From an uncultured Candidatus Rokubacteria bacterium (GTDB lineage: Bacteria > Methylomirabilota > Methylomirabilia > Rokubacteriales > CSP1-6): a DNA stretch of 64,000 nucleotides. The notes below the pieces were generated by a model. The model was given only the letters and a program-made list of their open reading frames with translations, was not told the origin of the DNA and did no database searches. This document shows, in pieces, positions 49,912 to 60,113 of the stretch; the first letter of the stretch is position 1, and each line of letters begins with the position of its first letter. The stretch covers positions 61,523-125,522 of the forward strand of contig CAVVEU010000002.1 in assembly GCA_963747235.1 (NCBI GenBank), in the 5' to 3' direction. A program made the position numbers and the translations under genes.

Positions 49912-51945
49912 CTACCTCTTCCTACGCGTCGGCGTCTGCGGCTTGGGCGTCGCCGCTTTGGCCGGCTTGGTCGCGCGGGTCGGCTTGGGCGGCCGATGCG
50001 CCTTGGGCGGGCGGGCGGCTTGGCCGAACGGATCGCTTTGGCCGGACGGGCCGGCTTGGTCTTGCCCTTGGCCTTCCCTCGCGCGGGCGCGGGCTTGGCC
50101 TTCCCCGGCCGCGGCGCCTCCGCCGCCGGCGCGACCTCGGTCGGCTCGGCGACGGGCAGCTCCGGCGCGTCCCCCTCGGGCCCGTCGGCGGTGACGATGA
50201 TCGAGTGGGGGAGGCCTTCCGGTCCGCCCTCGTGGCCCAGGATCGCGTCGGTGCGCGTGCCGCCGGTCCGCTTGAGCGCGATCTTCTGGAGCTGCGCCTT
50301 GAGCTTCTCCTTGCCCAGCTTGCCGCCCTTCAGCCGGCCGCAGGCCTCGACGACCTCCTCGATGTAGAGCTCGAAGATGTTGCGCCGGCGGAACTCGCTC
50401 TTGGCGCGCTCGCGCCGCCGCAGGAACATGCCGAGCCGGCGCCCGCATTCCTGCAGCGCGAGCTTGATCTCCTTCCGGATCTCGTCGTAGTCGGCGATCG
50501 CTTCCTTGGACTCGCTGGTGAACGGGACCCAGACCGAGCCCATGTGGACGAAGATCACCATGGGGCCGGCGGGGAGCGCGCCGCGGGACTGGGCCACGCC
50601 GTAGTTGCGCCAGGCGGTCTCGAGCGCGGCCTTGAAGGTCGCGCAGGCCGACTGCTGGTAGAGCAGCGGGACGCGGTTGGCGTAGCGGATGACGCGGGCC
50701 AGCTCGTTGTCGTCCTCGCGGTCCTCGCCTTCCGCGAGCGGGACCGCGGGCGCCTCCGCGGTGCCGGTCGCGGCCTGGTCCGGCGCCTTCCCGAAGGCCA
50801 GTCCCGCCTCGATGACGAACGGGTTGCCGCGGTACACCGCGGCCGGCCGGGTCACCGCGGTGTAGAACTCGCCCTTGATCTGCTTGTAGAGGCCGTGGAG
50901 GATCGCCTTCTCGCCGATGGGCGAGATGCAGTTCGAGGGCGGCGCCATGATCTTGGTCGCCTGGATCGCCTTGTAGAGCGCCTCGGCGGCGTCGCCGTGC
51001 ACGTTGCGCGGGCGCGCGTTGGGCGAGAGCTTGGCCGTCTTGCAGATCTCCACCGCGACGGCGGGGGAGACCCGGCTGAAGTCGCCCGCGAGGAATCCCG
51101 AGACCGAGTGGCTCCGGGTGTCGTGGAGCATGCGCAGGAGCACGCCGAACTCGATGCCGTAGGGATGCGGCTTGATCTCGCGGGGCTGGGGCGGCAGCTC
51201 CTGGATCGTCCGCGGGTACTGCCGGGTCTCGCCCTCCGGCGTGTGGTAGACGAGCGTCACGTGCGGATTGGCGATGGCGACCTGCTCGAGGAACTCGTCC
51301 ACCGAGGCGCGGCCCTTCTGGTAGCGCCCCTCGATCTCGAGCGTCACCTGCGTGCCGCGCGGGTGATGCCAGTCGATCTTCTTGCTCTCGAAGATCCGGG
51401 GCTCGTTCTTCTTGGTGTCGATCTGGACCTCGAAGTAGTGCGTCGCGGCCCGCGGCGCCCGTGCTCGAGGTGATCTGCACCGGCTTGCCGGTCGTGAGCT
51501 GCGCGTACATGCCGGCCGCGGAGATGCCGATGCCCTGCTGGCCGCGGCTCATGCGCAGCCGGTGGAACTTCGAGCCGTACAGCAGCTTGGCGAAGATCGG
51601 CGGGATCTGCTGGCGCACGATGCCGGGCCCGTTGTCGATGACGGTGACGCGGAAGCGGGTCGCCTGGCTCGCCGCCACCGGCGCCTCGTCGCCGCTCGAC
51701 GCGACCTCCAGCGTGACGACGACTTCGGGCAGGATGCCGGCCTCCTCGGCCGCGTCGAGCGCGTTGTCCACCGCTTCCTTGACACAGGTGAGGAGGGCCT
51801 TCCGCGGATTGTCGAAGCCGAGCAGATGGCGATTCTTGGTGAAGAACTCGGAGACGGAGATCTCCCGCTGGCGGGCGCCCATCTCGGCGGCGGAGGGGGC
51901 GGCCTTCGGCTCGGCGGACGGCGGCCTGGCGAGCGCGGCGGACAT
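49912..51945 (-). CDS. top6B: DNA topoisomerase VI subunit B (frameshifts near 51450 and about 50000)
   Basis: [61 protein letters not shown] and [12 protein letters not shown] motifs. Confidence 0.92.
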   Translation of the reverse strand: MSAALARPPSAEPKAAPSAAEMGARQREISVSEFFTKNRHLLGFDNPRKALLTCVKEAVDNALDAAEEAGILPEVVVTLEVASSGDEAPVAASQATRFRVTVIDNGPGIVRQQIPPIFAKLLYGSKFHRLRMSRGQQGIGISAAGMYAQLTTGKPVQITSSTGAAGRDALLRGPDRHQEERAPDLREQEDRLASPARHAGDARDRGALPEGPRLGGRVPRAGRHRQSARDARLPHAGGRDPAVPADDPGAAAPAPRDQAASLRHRVRRAPAHAPRHPEPLGLGIPRGRLQPGLPRRRGGDLQDGQALAQRAPAQRARRRRRGALQGDPGDQDHGAALELHLAHRREGDPPRPLQADQGRVLHRGDPAGRGVPRQPVRHRGGTGLREGAGPGRDRHRGGARGPARGRRGPRGRQRAGPRHPLRQPRPAALPAVGLRDLQGRARDRLAQLRRGPVPRRAPRRPHGDLRPHGLGLGPVHQRVQGSDRRLRRDPEGDQARAAGMRAPARHVPAAARARQERVPPAQHLRALHRGGRRGLRPAEGRQAGQGEAQGAAPEDRAQADRRHAHRRDPGPRGRTGRPPPLDHRHRRRARGGRAGAARRRADRGRAGGGGAAAGEGQARARAREGQGQDQAGPSGQSDPFGQAARPPKAHRPPKPTRATKPAKAATPKPQTPTRRKR

Positions 51946-52026
51946 GCCACTCCTTGATATCAAATCCGTGCGCTCCCGCCGCCTTTTTTTGACCACCGCC
52001 CCGCGAGCCTGTACTGTTCGGTGGGC

Positions 52027-53184
52027 GTGGACTTCAAGCTGACCCCGGCGCAGGAGGCCTTTCGCGAGGAGATCCGGGGATTTCTGCGCTCGGAGCTGGC
52101 CGCCGAGCCCCGCCGCGTCCGCGAGGACGGCTGGGTCGTCGGATTCTCGCGGGCCTTCTCGGAGAAGCTCGGCAAGCGCGGCTGGGTCGGCCTGACCTGG
52201 CCCCGGGAGTACGGGGGCCAGGCGCGTTCGGTTCTCGAGCGCCTGATTCTCACCGAGGAGCTGCTGCGCGCGGGCGCCCCGGTCGCGGCGCACTGGCTCG
52301 GCGATCGCCAGGTGGGCCCGTCCATCCTGCGGTTCGGCACCGAGGAGCAGCGGCGCGAGATCCTGCCCCGCATCACGTCCGGCGCCATCGTCTTCTGCGT
52401 CGGCCTGAGCGAGCCGGATGCCGGCTCCGACGCGGCGGCGGTCACCACGCAGGCGATCGAGGACGGCGACGGCTTCGTCATCCGGGGCCAGAAGATCTGG
52501 ACGAGCTTCGCCCACCAGGCCGACTACTGCTACCTGGTGGCGCGCACGGACGCGAGCGGGCCCAAGCACAGGGGGATCAGCGAGTTCATCGTGCCGATGG
52601 CGACGCCGGGGATCACGGTGCGCCCGCTGCTGGACATGACCGGCGAGCACCACTTCAACGAGGTCTTCTTCGAGGACGTGCGGGTCCCGCGGACCGCGCT
52701 GATCGGGCAGAAGGACCGCGGCTGGTACCAGATCGCGGTGCAGCTCGACTACGAGCGCGGCGGCATCGAGCGCGTGCTGAGCAACTGGCCGCTGCTGGAG
52801 GACGCGCTGGCGGCCCTGCGCGGGAGCGCGGTCCTCCGCGACCCGGTGATGCGCGACCGCCTGGCCGGGCTGCGCGTGGATCTCGAGATCGCCCGCCTGA
52901 TGGTCTACCGCATCGCGTGGCTCACCGATCACGGGCGGGTGCCCAACGTCGAGGCGGCGGTGGCCAAGTCCTTCGGGACCGAGCTCGAGCAGCGTATCGC
53001 GGAGACCGTCGCGGGTCTCTTCCAGATGTCCGCGCTGGGCCTGGCCGGGACGTCGCGCGCCGCGCTCGGGGGCCGCGTCGCGCGCGCCGTGCTCTACGCG
53101 CCCGCGTACACGATCCAGGGCGGCACGAGCAATATCCTGCGAAACATCATCGCGCACCGCGGGCTCGGCTTGCCCGCCGACTGA
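52027..53184 (+). CDS. Acyl-CoA dehydrogenase family protein
   Basis: [26 protein letters not shown] and [14 protein letters not shown] motifs. TTGACC-N17-TACTGT just upstream. Confidence 0.92.
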   Translation: MDFKLTPAQEAFREEIRGFLRSELAAEPRRVREDGWVVGFSRAFSEKLGKRGWVGLTWPREYGGQARSVLERLILTEELLRAGAPVAAHWLGDRQVGPSILRFGTEEQRREILPRITSGAIVFCVGLSEPDAGSDAAAVTTQAIEDGDGFVIRGQKIWTSFAHQADYCYLVARTDASGPKHRGISEFIVPMATPGITVRPLLDMTGEHHFNEVFFEDVRVPRTALIGQKDRGWYQIAVQLDYERGGIERVLSNWPLLEDALAALRGSAVLRDPVMRDRLAGLRVDLEIARLMVYRIAWLTDHGRVPNVEAAVAKSFGTELEQRIAETVAGLFQMSALGLAGTSRAALGGRVARAVLYAPAYTIQGGTSNILRNIIAHRGLGLPAD

Positions 53185-53193
53185 GAGGCTGGC

Positions 53194-53616
53194 ATGGCCA
53201 CCGTGATCGTCAGAGGCGGCGCGACCGGGTTCGCGCAGGAGATCGAGGCGGGCCGGCACCGGCTGGTCGCGGACGAGCCGGTCGAGGCGGGCGGGACGGA
53301 CACGGGCGCCTCGCCCTACGAGCTGCTGCTGGCCGCGCTCGGCGCGTGTACGTCGATGACGATCTCCATGTACGCGCGGCGCAAGCAGTGGCCGCTCGAG
53401 GGGGTCACGGTGCGGCTGTGGCACGCGAAGATCCACGCCCAGGACTGCGCGGAGTGCGAGACGAAGGAAGGCATGCTCGATCGCATCGAGCGGGAGATCA
53501 CCCTGACCGGTCCGCTCGACGCGGAGCAGCGCGGGCGGCTGCTCGAGATCGCCAACCGCTGCCCGGTGCACCGGACGCTCGTCTCCGAGATCGACATCCG
53601 CACGCGGCTGGCCTGA
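53194..53616 (+). CDS. OsmC family protein
   Basis: [24 protein letters not shown] and [11 protein letters not shown] motifs. Confidence 0.9.
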   Translation: MATVIVRGGATGFAQEIEAGRHRLVADEPVEAGGTDTGASPYELLLAALGACTSMTISMYARRKQWPLEGVTVRLWHAKIHAQDCAECETKEGMLDRIEREITLTGPLDAEQRGRLLEIANRCPVHRTLVSEIDIRTRLA

Positions 53617-53621
53617 GCCGG

Positions 53622-54822
53622 GTGGCCCCCGCGGCCCGCGCCTTTTCCTGGTACCTGGCCGGGACCGGCTCGTGGTTCGCGAGCTCCGGGATGCAGACCA
53701 TCGTGTTCCCCTGGCTGGTCACGGTGGTGCTCCACGAGCCGGCGGCGCGGGTCGGGATCGCCCAGATGTCGCTCATGGCGCCGTCGATCTTCCTGATGCT
53801 GCTCGGCGGCGCCGTCGCCGACCGCGCGGATTGCCGCCGGCTGCTGGTGCGCGGGCATCTGGTGGCGGCCGTGCCGCCGCTGCTGCTGGGCGCGGCCATC
53901 GCGGGCGGCGGGCTGACCTACGGCGGCCTGATCGTCTACGCCCTCGCGGTCGGCACCGCGGGCGCGTTCGTCATGCCGGCGCGCGACGCGATGCTCACGC
54001 GCGTGGCGGCGGGCGGGCTGGGGCGCGCGGTGGCGGTGATGACCGCCACGCAGTTCGCGGCGCAGCTCGTGGGAATCGGGCTGGGCGGCAGCGCCGGCGC
54101 GATCGGCGCGCCCGCGCTCCTGCTGCTGCAGGCGGCGGTGCTGGCGTTCGGCGGCATCGCGGCGCTGCGCCTGCCCGCCGCGCCCCCGATGGCCGGGGCC
54201 GCGGCCCGGAGCCGGCTCGGCGCCATGCGCGACGGGCTGCGCGCCGCCGCCGGCTCGCCGATCCTGGTCCCGGTGCTGATCGCGAACCTGGCGGTGGGTG
54301 TGCTCTACGTGGGCGCGTTCCTCGTGATCCTGCCGCTGATCGTGCGCGACGTGTACGGCGGGGGCTCGGCGCAGCTCTCGCTCGTGAGCCTGGGCTTCTG
54401 GGGCGGCACGATCGGCTCCACGCTCGTGCAGATCCGCGCTGGGAGCCCTGCGGCGCCCGGGGCGGGCGATCGTGCTCGCCCTCTTCCTCGGGGCCGGCGT
54501 GCTCGCGGCCATGGCGTGGCCGGGTCCGTTCCCGGCGTTCGTGGCGCTCTGTCTCGTCTGGGGCCTGGGGGCGGGTGTGGTCATGACGCAGGCGCGGACG
54601 CTGGTGCAGGCGGCGGCGCCGGAGACGCACCGCGCGCGGATCCTCTCGCTCTTCCAGCTCGGTCTGATGGGTGGGGCGCCGGTCGGCGCCCTGCTGATCG
54701 GCTATCTGGCCGCGTTCACCGGGCCGCGCGGCGCGGTGGTCTATCCCGCCGCGTGCATGTTGCTGGTGCTGGCCGGGCTGCTGCTTCGTTCGCGCCTCTG
54801 GCAACAGGGCGCGGCGCGATGA
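53622..54822 (+). CDS. MFS transporter (frameshift near 54440)
   Basis: [14 protein letters not shown] motif A, about 12 TM segments split over two frames. Confidence 0.8.
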
Positions 54823-54829
54823 GGCGGGT

Positions 54830-55513
54830 TCAGCGCATCTCGTAGAGGAAGGGCGATAGCTTCACCTCGCCGAGGAACTCACCGCCCGAGGCGGGGCGCG
54901 GCATCTCGGCGCCCACGCGCTCCTGCATCCGGACCACGAGGTCGCGGTAGGAGGAGGTCTTGATCACGCGATCGAACTGGGCCCGGTAGTTCGTGACCAG
55001 GCTGATCCCGTCGATCGTGATGTCCCGCACCAGCCAGCGATGGCCCTGGTAGACCATCCAGTGATCGAGGCGGATCTGCCGGCCGCCCTTGCCCACGATG
55101 GTGGTGCGGACGCCCGCGCGGTCCCGCTCCACCGACTCGCTCAGGTAGGAGACGGTGATCCCGTTGGCGTCGATCTCGGCCACCGCCGCGAGCCAGTAGA
55201 CGAAGCTGCGCTGGACGAAGCCCGAGAAGATGGACGTGAACTCCCGCTGCTCCACCGGTGTGCGCGCCCTCCACTCCGGTCCGAGCACGTCCTCGGACGC
55301 CCCACGGAAGTCGAAGACCTTGCTGAACAGAGCGCGGATCGCGACGAGGCGCTCGAGCGGGCGATCCTCCAGTGTCGGGTCGGCGATGATCTTGTTGGCC
55401 TGGGCAAACGTGGCCTGCAGCGTGGTGGTGGGCGCTCCGGCCCCGGCTGCTGCGGCGCCGGTGACGAGAAGCGAGCTGAGCGCGGCGAGGGCAAGGAAGG
55501 CACGGAGAGCCAT
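54830..55513 (-). CDS. MlaC/Ttg2D-family periplasmic binding protein
   Basis: Signal peptide, FDF..S..VLG..W, and WLVRDITIDGISLVTNYRAQFDRVI. Confidence 0.82.
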   Translation of the reverse strand: MALRAFLALAALSSLLVTGAAAAGAGAPTTTLQATFAQANKIIADPTLEDRPLERLVAIRALFSKVFDFRGASEDVLGPEWRARTPVEQREFTSIFSGFVQRSFVYWLAAVAEIDANGITVSYLSESVERDRAGVRTTIVGKGGRQIRLDHWMVYQGHRWLVRDITIDGISLVTNYRAQFDRVIKTSSYRDLVVRMQERVGAEMPRPASGGEFLGEVKLSPFLYEMR

Positions 55514-55526
55514 GGCTCCGAAACCG

Positions 55527-55542
55527 TGCATCGCCTGTGCCA
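55527..55542 (-). promoter_or_regulatory. Putative sigma54 promoter
   Basis: Minus-strand TGGCACAGGCGATGCA with exact -24/-12 spacing, 14 nt upstream of the ATG at 55513. Confidence 0.6.
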
Positions 55543-55647
55543 CGGGAGGAGCGGTGTCATGCGCGCTAAAAGCATGGGATAGAAGGCGGTATTGCCTCTT
55601 TCGAGTCGCTCGGTGCTCGTCCCAGGTGGACGATTACCGTCAGAGTG

Positions 55648-55749
55648 TCAGCCCCCTTTCAGTCGAGGATCGAGGAGGTCGCGCAGCGAGAGCCTGGTGG
55701 TTGCGACCACGATGATGGTCGGCATGACGTTCGGCCCGAGCAGCGACAT
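55648..55749 (-). pseudogene. DppC/OppC-like ABC permease remnant
   Basis: MSLLGPNVMPTIIVVATTRLSLRDLLDPRLKGG*. Joins the PNxxxxIIV motif directly to the terminal LRDxLDPR motif. Confidence 0.4.
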
Positions 55750-55853
55750 GAACAGAGACGACTGCACAAGGGCCCGACACAAGACATTCGTCGAGGTTTA
55801 AGAAACCCCAATCCCGGTCAAGCTGAGACACTACCGTGGCGCGGAGGCCCGGA

Positions 55854-56744
55854 TCAGGCCGGCGGCCACACGATCTTCATCGTGTCGAGTCGCCGCAGCC
55901 GGTCCTGGCCGAGCGTGCGGTCCCACGTCTCGGCGAGCTGCTCCGCGGTCCAGTCGCCCGGGGTGCTCGCGGTGCGGATGGGCGCCGGGTGAGAGAACAC
56001 GCTCACCTCGCTGCCGCGCACCCCGATCACCTGGCCGGTGATGTGGCGGGCTCGATCACTCGCCAGGAAGACCGCGACCGGGGCGATGGCCTCGGGCGGG
56101 GTGGCGGTGGCGGCGCCGCGGCGCTCGCCGGGCAGCCGCTGGGTCATGCGCGTGTCCGCGGTGGGCGAGATCGCGTTGCAGCGCACGCCGTATTTCGCCA
56201 TCGCGAGCGCGGTCGAGCGGGTGAGCCCCACGATGCCTTCCTTGGCCGCCGAGTAGTTGGGCTGGCCGGGGCTGCCCTCGAGGCCGGCGGTGGACGTGAA
56301 GGTGATGATGCTGCCCGCCTTGCGCTCGCGCATGTGGCGGGTGGCCGGCTGCATGACCGTGAAATGGCCCTTGAGATGCACCGCGATGACCGCGTCCCAG
56401 TCCTCCTCGCTCATGTTGAAGATCATCCGCTCGCGCAGGATGCCCGCGCAGCAGACCAGCACGTGGAGATCGCCGAACTCCTTGAGCGCCAGGTCCACCA
56501 CCGCGCGGCCGCCCGCCATGGTGGCCACGCTGTCCGCCGCCGCCACCGCGCGGCCGCCCGCCTTGCGGATCTCGGCCACCACCGCGTTGGCCGGCTCGCT
56601 GGAGGGGTCCATCCCGTCCACGCTGACGCCGTAGTCGTTCACCACTACCGCGGCCCCCGCGGCGGCCAGGCCGATCGAGACCGCGCGCCCGATGCCCGTG
56701 CCGCCACCCGTCACCACCGCCACCTTGCCGTCGAGCAGTGCCAT
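55854..56744 (-). CDS. SDR family oxidoreductase
   Basis: TGGGTGIG, VVVND, AGILR and NYSAAK motifs. Confidence 0.92.
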   Translation of the reverse strand: MALLDGKVAVVTGGGTGIGRAVSIGLAAAGAAVVVNDYGVSVDGMDPSSEPANAVVAEIRKAGGRAVAAADSVATMAGGRAVVDLALKEFGDLHVLVCCAGILRERMIFNMSEEDWDAVIAVHLKGHFTVMQPATRHMRERKAGSIITFTSTAGLEGSPGQPNYSAAKEGIVGLTRSTALAMAKYGVRCNAISPTADTRMTQRLPGERRGAATATPPEAIAPVAVFLASDRARHITGQVIGVRGSEVSVFSHPAPIRTASTPGDWTAEQLAETWDRTLGQDRLRRLDTMKIVWPPA

Positions 56745-56876
56745 TGTCGTGCCTCCTTGCGCTGCGGTTGCGTCTCTCCTCGCCCTGCCGTATCGTCGGC
56801 GCGTTCAGGTCGACCGCCGCCGATCCTGCGCGACGCCGACCGGGCAGTCAAGAGCGCATCCAGCGAGGGAGCGAGC

Positions 56877-57566
56877 ATGGCCAAGACGCGCGGCACCGGG
56901 CTGCTGATGCTGTGGACGGACGTGGACGCGCAGCACGAGGCCGAGTTCAACCGGTGGTACGACGAGGAGCATCTCGACCGGCTCCTCAAGGTCCCGGGCT
57001 TCCTCTCCGCGTCGCGCTACGTGGCCCTGCGCGGAGGGCCGAAGTACCTCGCGATGTACGAGCTCGAGGAGGCGGGCGTGCTGCGCACCGTCGCGTTCCT
57101 GGACGAGGTGCGCTTCCGGCCCTCGGCGCGACGGCAGCAGACCTCGGGCGGCCACGTCGGGCGCAACTACCTGCTGAACGGCTACCGCCAGATCTTCCCG
57201 GCGCGCACGAACCCGGTGGAGCTGACGATGGGGCCGTCGCCCTATCTGCAGATGGGGCGCATGGACATTCCGGCCCACATGGAGGAGGAGTGGAACGACT
57301 GGTACAACTGGGTTTACGTCCCCGATTACCTCACGGTGCCCGGGGTGATCCGCGCCCGCCGCTTCATGGCGGTCGAGGGCCAGCCCAAGTACCTCACGGT
57401 CTACGAGTTCGAGCGCCCGGACGTGCCCGAGGGCGACGCCTGGAACCGGGTGCGCGACGCGAACCCGTGGACGCGCCGGGTCCGCCATCACATGCGCCTC
57501 GACGCGGGCTCGCCGGTCGTCTACAAGCGGATCAATCCAAGTCTTGGGCCTGTCTTGCCATCATGA
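56877..57566 (+). CDS. Tandem DUF4286/EthD-like dimeric alpha-beta barrel protein
   Basis: Two internal repeats: EFNRWYDEEH...VPGFLSASRY...PKYLAMYEL and EWNDWYNWVY...VPGVIRARRF...PKYLTVYEF. Confidence 0.65.
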   Translation: MAKTRGTGLLMLWTDVDAQHEAEFNRWYDEEHLDRLLKVPGFLSASRYVALRGGPKYLAMYELEEAGVLRTVAFLDEVRFRPSARRQQTSGGHVGRNYLLNGYRQIFPARTNPVELTMGPSPYLQMGRMDIPAHMEEEWNDWYNWVYVPDYLTVPGVIRARRFMAVEGQPKYLTVYEFERPDVPEGDAWNRVRDANPWTRRVRHHMRLDAGSPVVYKRINPSLGPVLPS

Positions 57567-57892
57567 TCAAGCGCGTCACGCTGCTCACCCGCAAGGCGGG
57601 GATGACGCGCGAGCAGTTCACGCGCCACTGGCTCGACGTGCACGCCCCGCTCGCCCACGCGGTGCCCGGGCTGCGGCGCTACGTGCAGTCGCACATCATC
57701 GAGGAGTACCGGCGCCCCGACATCCCGACCACGCCCGTCGAGGTGGACGGCATCGCGGAGCTCTGGTTCGAGGACCGCGCGTCCATGGACCGCGCCCTGG
57801 TCTCCCGCGAGATGGCCGCGCTCCACGCCGACGGGGCGCTCTTCATCGGCGGCAACAAGACCTTCGTGGTGGAGGAGAAGGTGATCATCTAG
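57563..57892 (+). CDS. EthD family protein
   Basis: RKAGMTREQFTRHWLDVHAPL..VPGLRRYVQ and DGIAELWF motifs. Confidence 0.85.
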   Translation: MIKRVTLLTRKAGMTREQFTRHWLDVHAPLAHAVPGLRRYVQSHIIEEYRRPDIPTTPVEVDGIAELWFEDRASMDRALVSREMAALHADGALFIGGNKTFVVEEKVII

Positions 57893-58498
57893 GTGGCGGG
57901 GGACCAGATCCACGTCGGGATCAAGGTCGGCTACACGCTCTTCCTCCTGGTCCTGGTGCCGGTGTACTGGGCGCAGTACGGGCCGAAGAACTTCCTCTGG
58001 TTCTCCGACATCGCGCTCCTGACCACCGGCGCGACGGTCTGGCTGGAGAGCCCGCTGCTCGCCAGCATGATGATGCTGGCGGTGCTGCTGCCCGAGCTCG
58101 CCTGGAACCTGGACTTCTTCGGGCGCCTGCTCACCGGGCACACGATGTTCGGCATGAGCGCCTACATGTTCGACGCGCGCACACCGCGCTACCTCCGCGC
58201 GCTCTCGCTCTTCCACGTGCCGCTGCCGGTCGGGCTCGTGTGGCTCGTGGCCCGCCTCGGCTACGACCGGCGCGCGTGGCTCTACCAGAGCGTGCTGGCC
58301 CTCGTCGTTCTGCCGGTGACCTACTGGCTCACCGGCCCCAGGGAGAACGTGAACTGGGTCCACGGGCTCGGTCGGCCGCAGACCGCGCTGGCACCGTGGG
58401 CGTACCTGACCCTGCTGATCCTCGCGTTCGCGCTCCTGCTCTACCTCCCCCCGCACCTCGCCTTCACTTACTTCCCCTTGAGCGTGATGTCCTCGTAG
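57893..58498 (+). CDS. Uncharacterised integral membrane protein
   Basis: About six TM segments with motifs NFLWFSD, YMFD, SLFH and ENVNW. Starts immediately after the EthD stop. Confidence 0.7.
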   Translation: MAGDQIHVGIKVGYTLFLLVLVPVYWAQYGPKNFLWFSDIALLTTGATVWLESPLLASMMMLAVLLPELAWNLDFFGRLLTGHTMFGMSAYMFDARTPRYLRALSLFHVPLPVGLVWLVARLGYDRRAWLYQSVLALVVLPVTYWLTGPRENVNWVHGLGRPQTALAPWAYLTLLILAFALLLYLPPHLAFTYFPLSVMSS

Positions 58499-59999
58499 GG
58501 CGCCGAGTAGGCGTGGCCGTTGATCAGGCCCAGGCCCGACTCTCCGACCCGCGGGCCCCACCCCGTTCAGGAAGGCGAGCTCCCAGATCGGGGCGTAGAT
58601 CACCTTCTCGTGCACGAGCTGCTGGATGCGCTGCAACGTCGCCTCGCGCCGCTTGGGGTCGGCATCGGCCGCCTGCTCCCGGAAGAGGCCGTCGATGTCG
58701 GGGTAGCTGCCGTAGGCGTACGTGCCACCGGCGGCCACGAAGGCCTCGATCCGGGTGGCGGCGTTGCCGAAGGCCCCGCTCGCGCCCTGGATGATGTTCT
58801 TGAACTTCTTGTCCGCGTAGCCGCTGAAGAAGGCGGCGCGCTCAAGCGGGCGCAGCTGAGCCCGGATCCCCACGGTCTGGAGCTGACTGGTCACCGCCTC
58901 GCCCAGGTTCGCGTAGGACGTGTCGCAGTAGTACTCGCCCGCGTCGAAGCCCGAGGGGAAGCCGGCCTCGGCCAGCAGTTGCTTGGCGCGGGCCGGGTCG
59001 TGGGCCGGCGCGGGAGGCTGCCAGAAGTACTCGAACGACGTCGGGATGATGCTGCCGCTGAGCCGCGAGTGGCCCGAGGGTCAGGGCCTGGTTGATGGAC
59101 GGCCGGTCGATGGCGAGGCTGGCGGCCTGCCGCACGCGCCGGTCGTGCCACGGGGACTTCGGATCCCACTGGTCGGCGAAGTAGAGCCAGAACGGGGCCT
59201 GGATCACCGCGGGCTTGAGCGTGAGGCCCGGCGTTCTCTGCAGCTCCTCGGCCAGCTCGCCGCGGATCGAGTAGGCGATGTCCACCTCTCCGCGCTTGAG
59301 CGCGGCCAGCCGCGTGGACTCGTCGGGGATCACCCGTAGCACGAGCCGCTTCACGCTCGGGCTCTTGCGCCAGTACTGCTCGAAGGCCTCCAGCACCAGC
59401 TCGACACCGGGCGTGAAGGAGACGAACTTGTAGGGGCCCGCGCCCACCGGCGCCTTCTTGAAGCCCTCGTCGCCCACCTTCTCCACGTACTTGCGCGGCA
59501 CGATCCAGCCCGCGCCGGTCGCGTTGGTGTAGAAGGTGAGGAAATCGGGCCACGGCTGCTTGAGCCGGATGCGCACCCGTTGAGGGTCAGGAGTCTCGAT
59601 GCCGGCCACGCGCTCCTTCAGGGGCTTGGAGGCGGCGCCGCGGTAGCGCTCCAGCGAGAACTTCACGTCGTCCGAGGTCAACAGATCGCCGTTGTGGAAC
59701 CGCACGCCCTTGCGCAGCACGAACTCGTAGACGAGCCCGTCCTTGGAGACCGACCACGACTCGGCCAGTCCCGCGGCCTTGGGGTTGCCGGGCATGGGCT
59801 TCACCAGCGCGTCGTGCAGCGCGTAGAGCACCATGTAGGGCGTGATGATGCCGGGGGTCTCCGCGGGGTCGAACCACGTCGGGGCCAGCGAGATGTGTAC
59901 GCCCCAGGTGAGCTGGCCCTCCGGGCCGGCCACCGCGGAAGCGGGACTCAGGGCGACGACGACCGCGACCAGGCTCAGGACGAACGTGCGCAGGGTCAT
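58468..59999 (-). CDS. ABC transporter substrate-binding protein, family 5 (frameshifts near 59075 and 58555)
   Basis: LAESWSVSKDG, GVRFHNGD, PVGAGPYKF, RGEVDIA and DRRVRQA motifs, ending YEDITLKGK*. TTGACA-N16-GATAAT at 60052-60079. Confidence 0.85.
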
Positions 60000-60113
60000 G
60001 GACAAGCCTCCTTCGCGAGAGAGAAGGATCCGGACCGAGAAAGGTGCGGCGATTATCCGTGAATTCTGGGCGGTGTCAACCCGGCGACCGCCGGGCCGTG
60101 CCACGCCCCCCGC

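Noticed and set aside
47736-51347. 1203-aa Top6B-aldolase fusion ORF
   Set aside because: It reads out of frame through top6A, which is open by chance at high GC after a likely indel. fba has its own ATG and RBS.
51970-51990. T7 run resembling a terminator
   Set aside because: There is no preceding stem. The run leads into the TTGACC -35 of the acyl-CoA dehydrogenase promoter.
60085-60102. TGGCACG upstream of the family-5 SBP as a sigma54 site
   Set aside because: The -12 GC is out of register, and a good TTGACA/GATAAT sigma70 promoter is adjacent.
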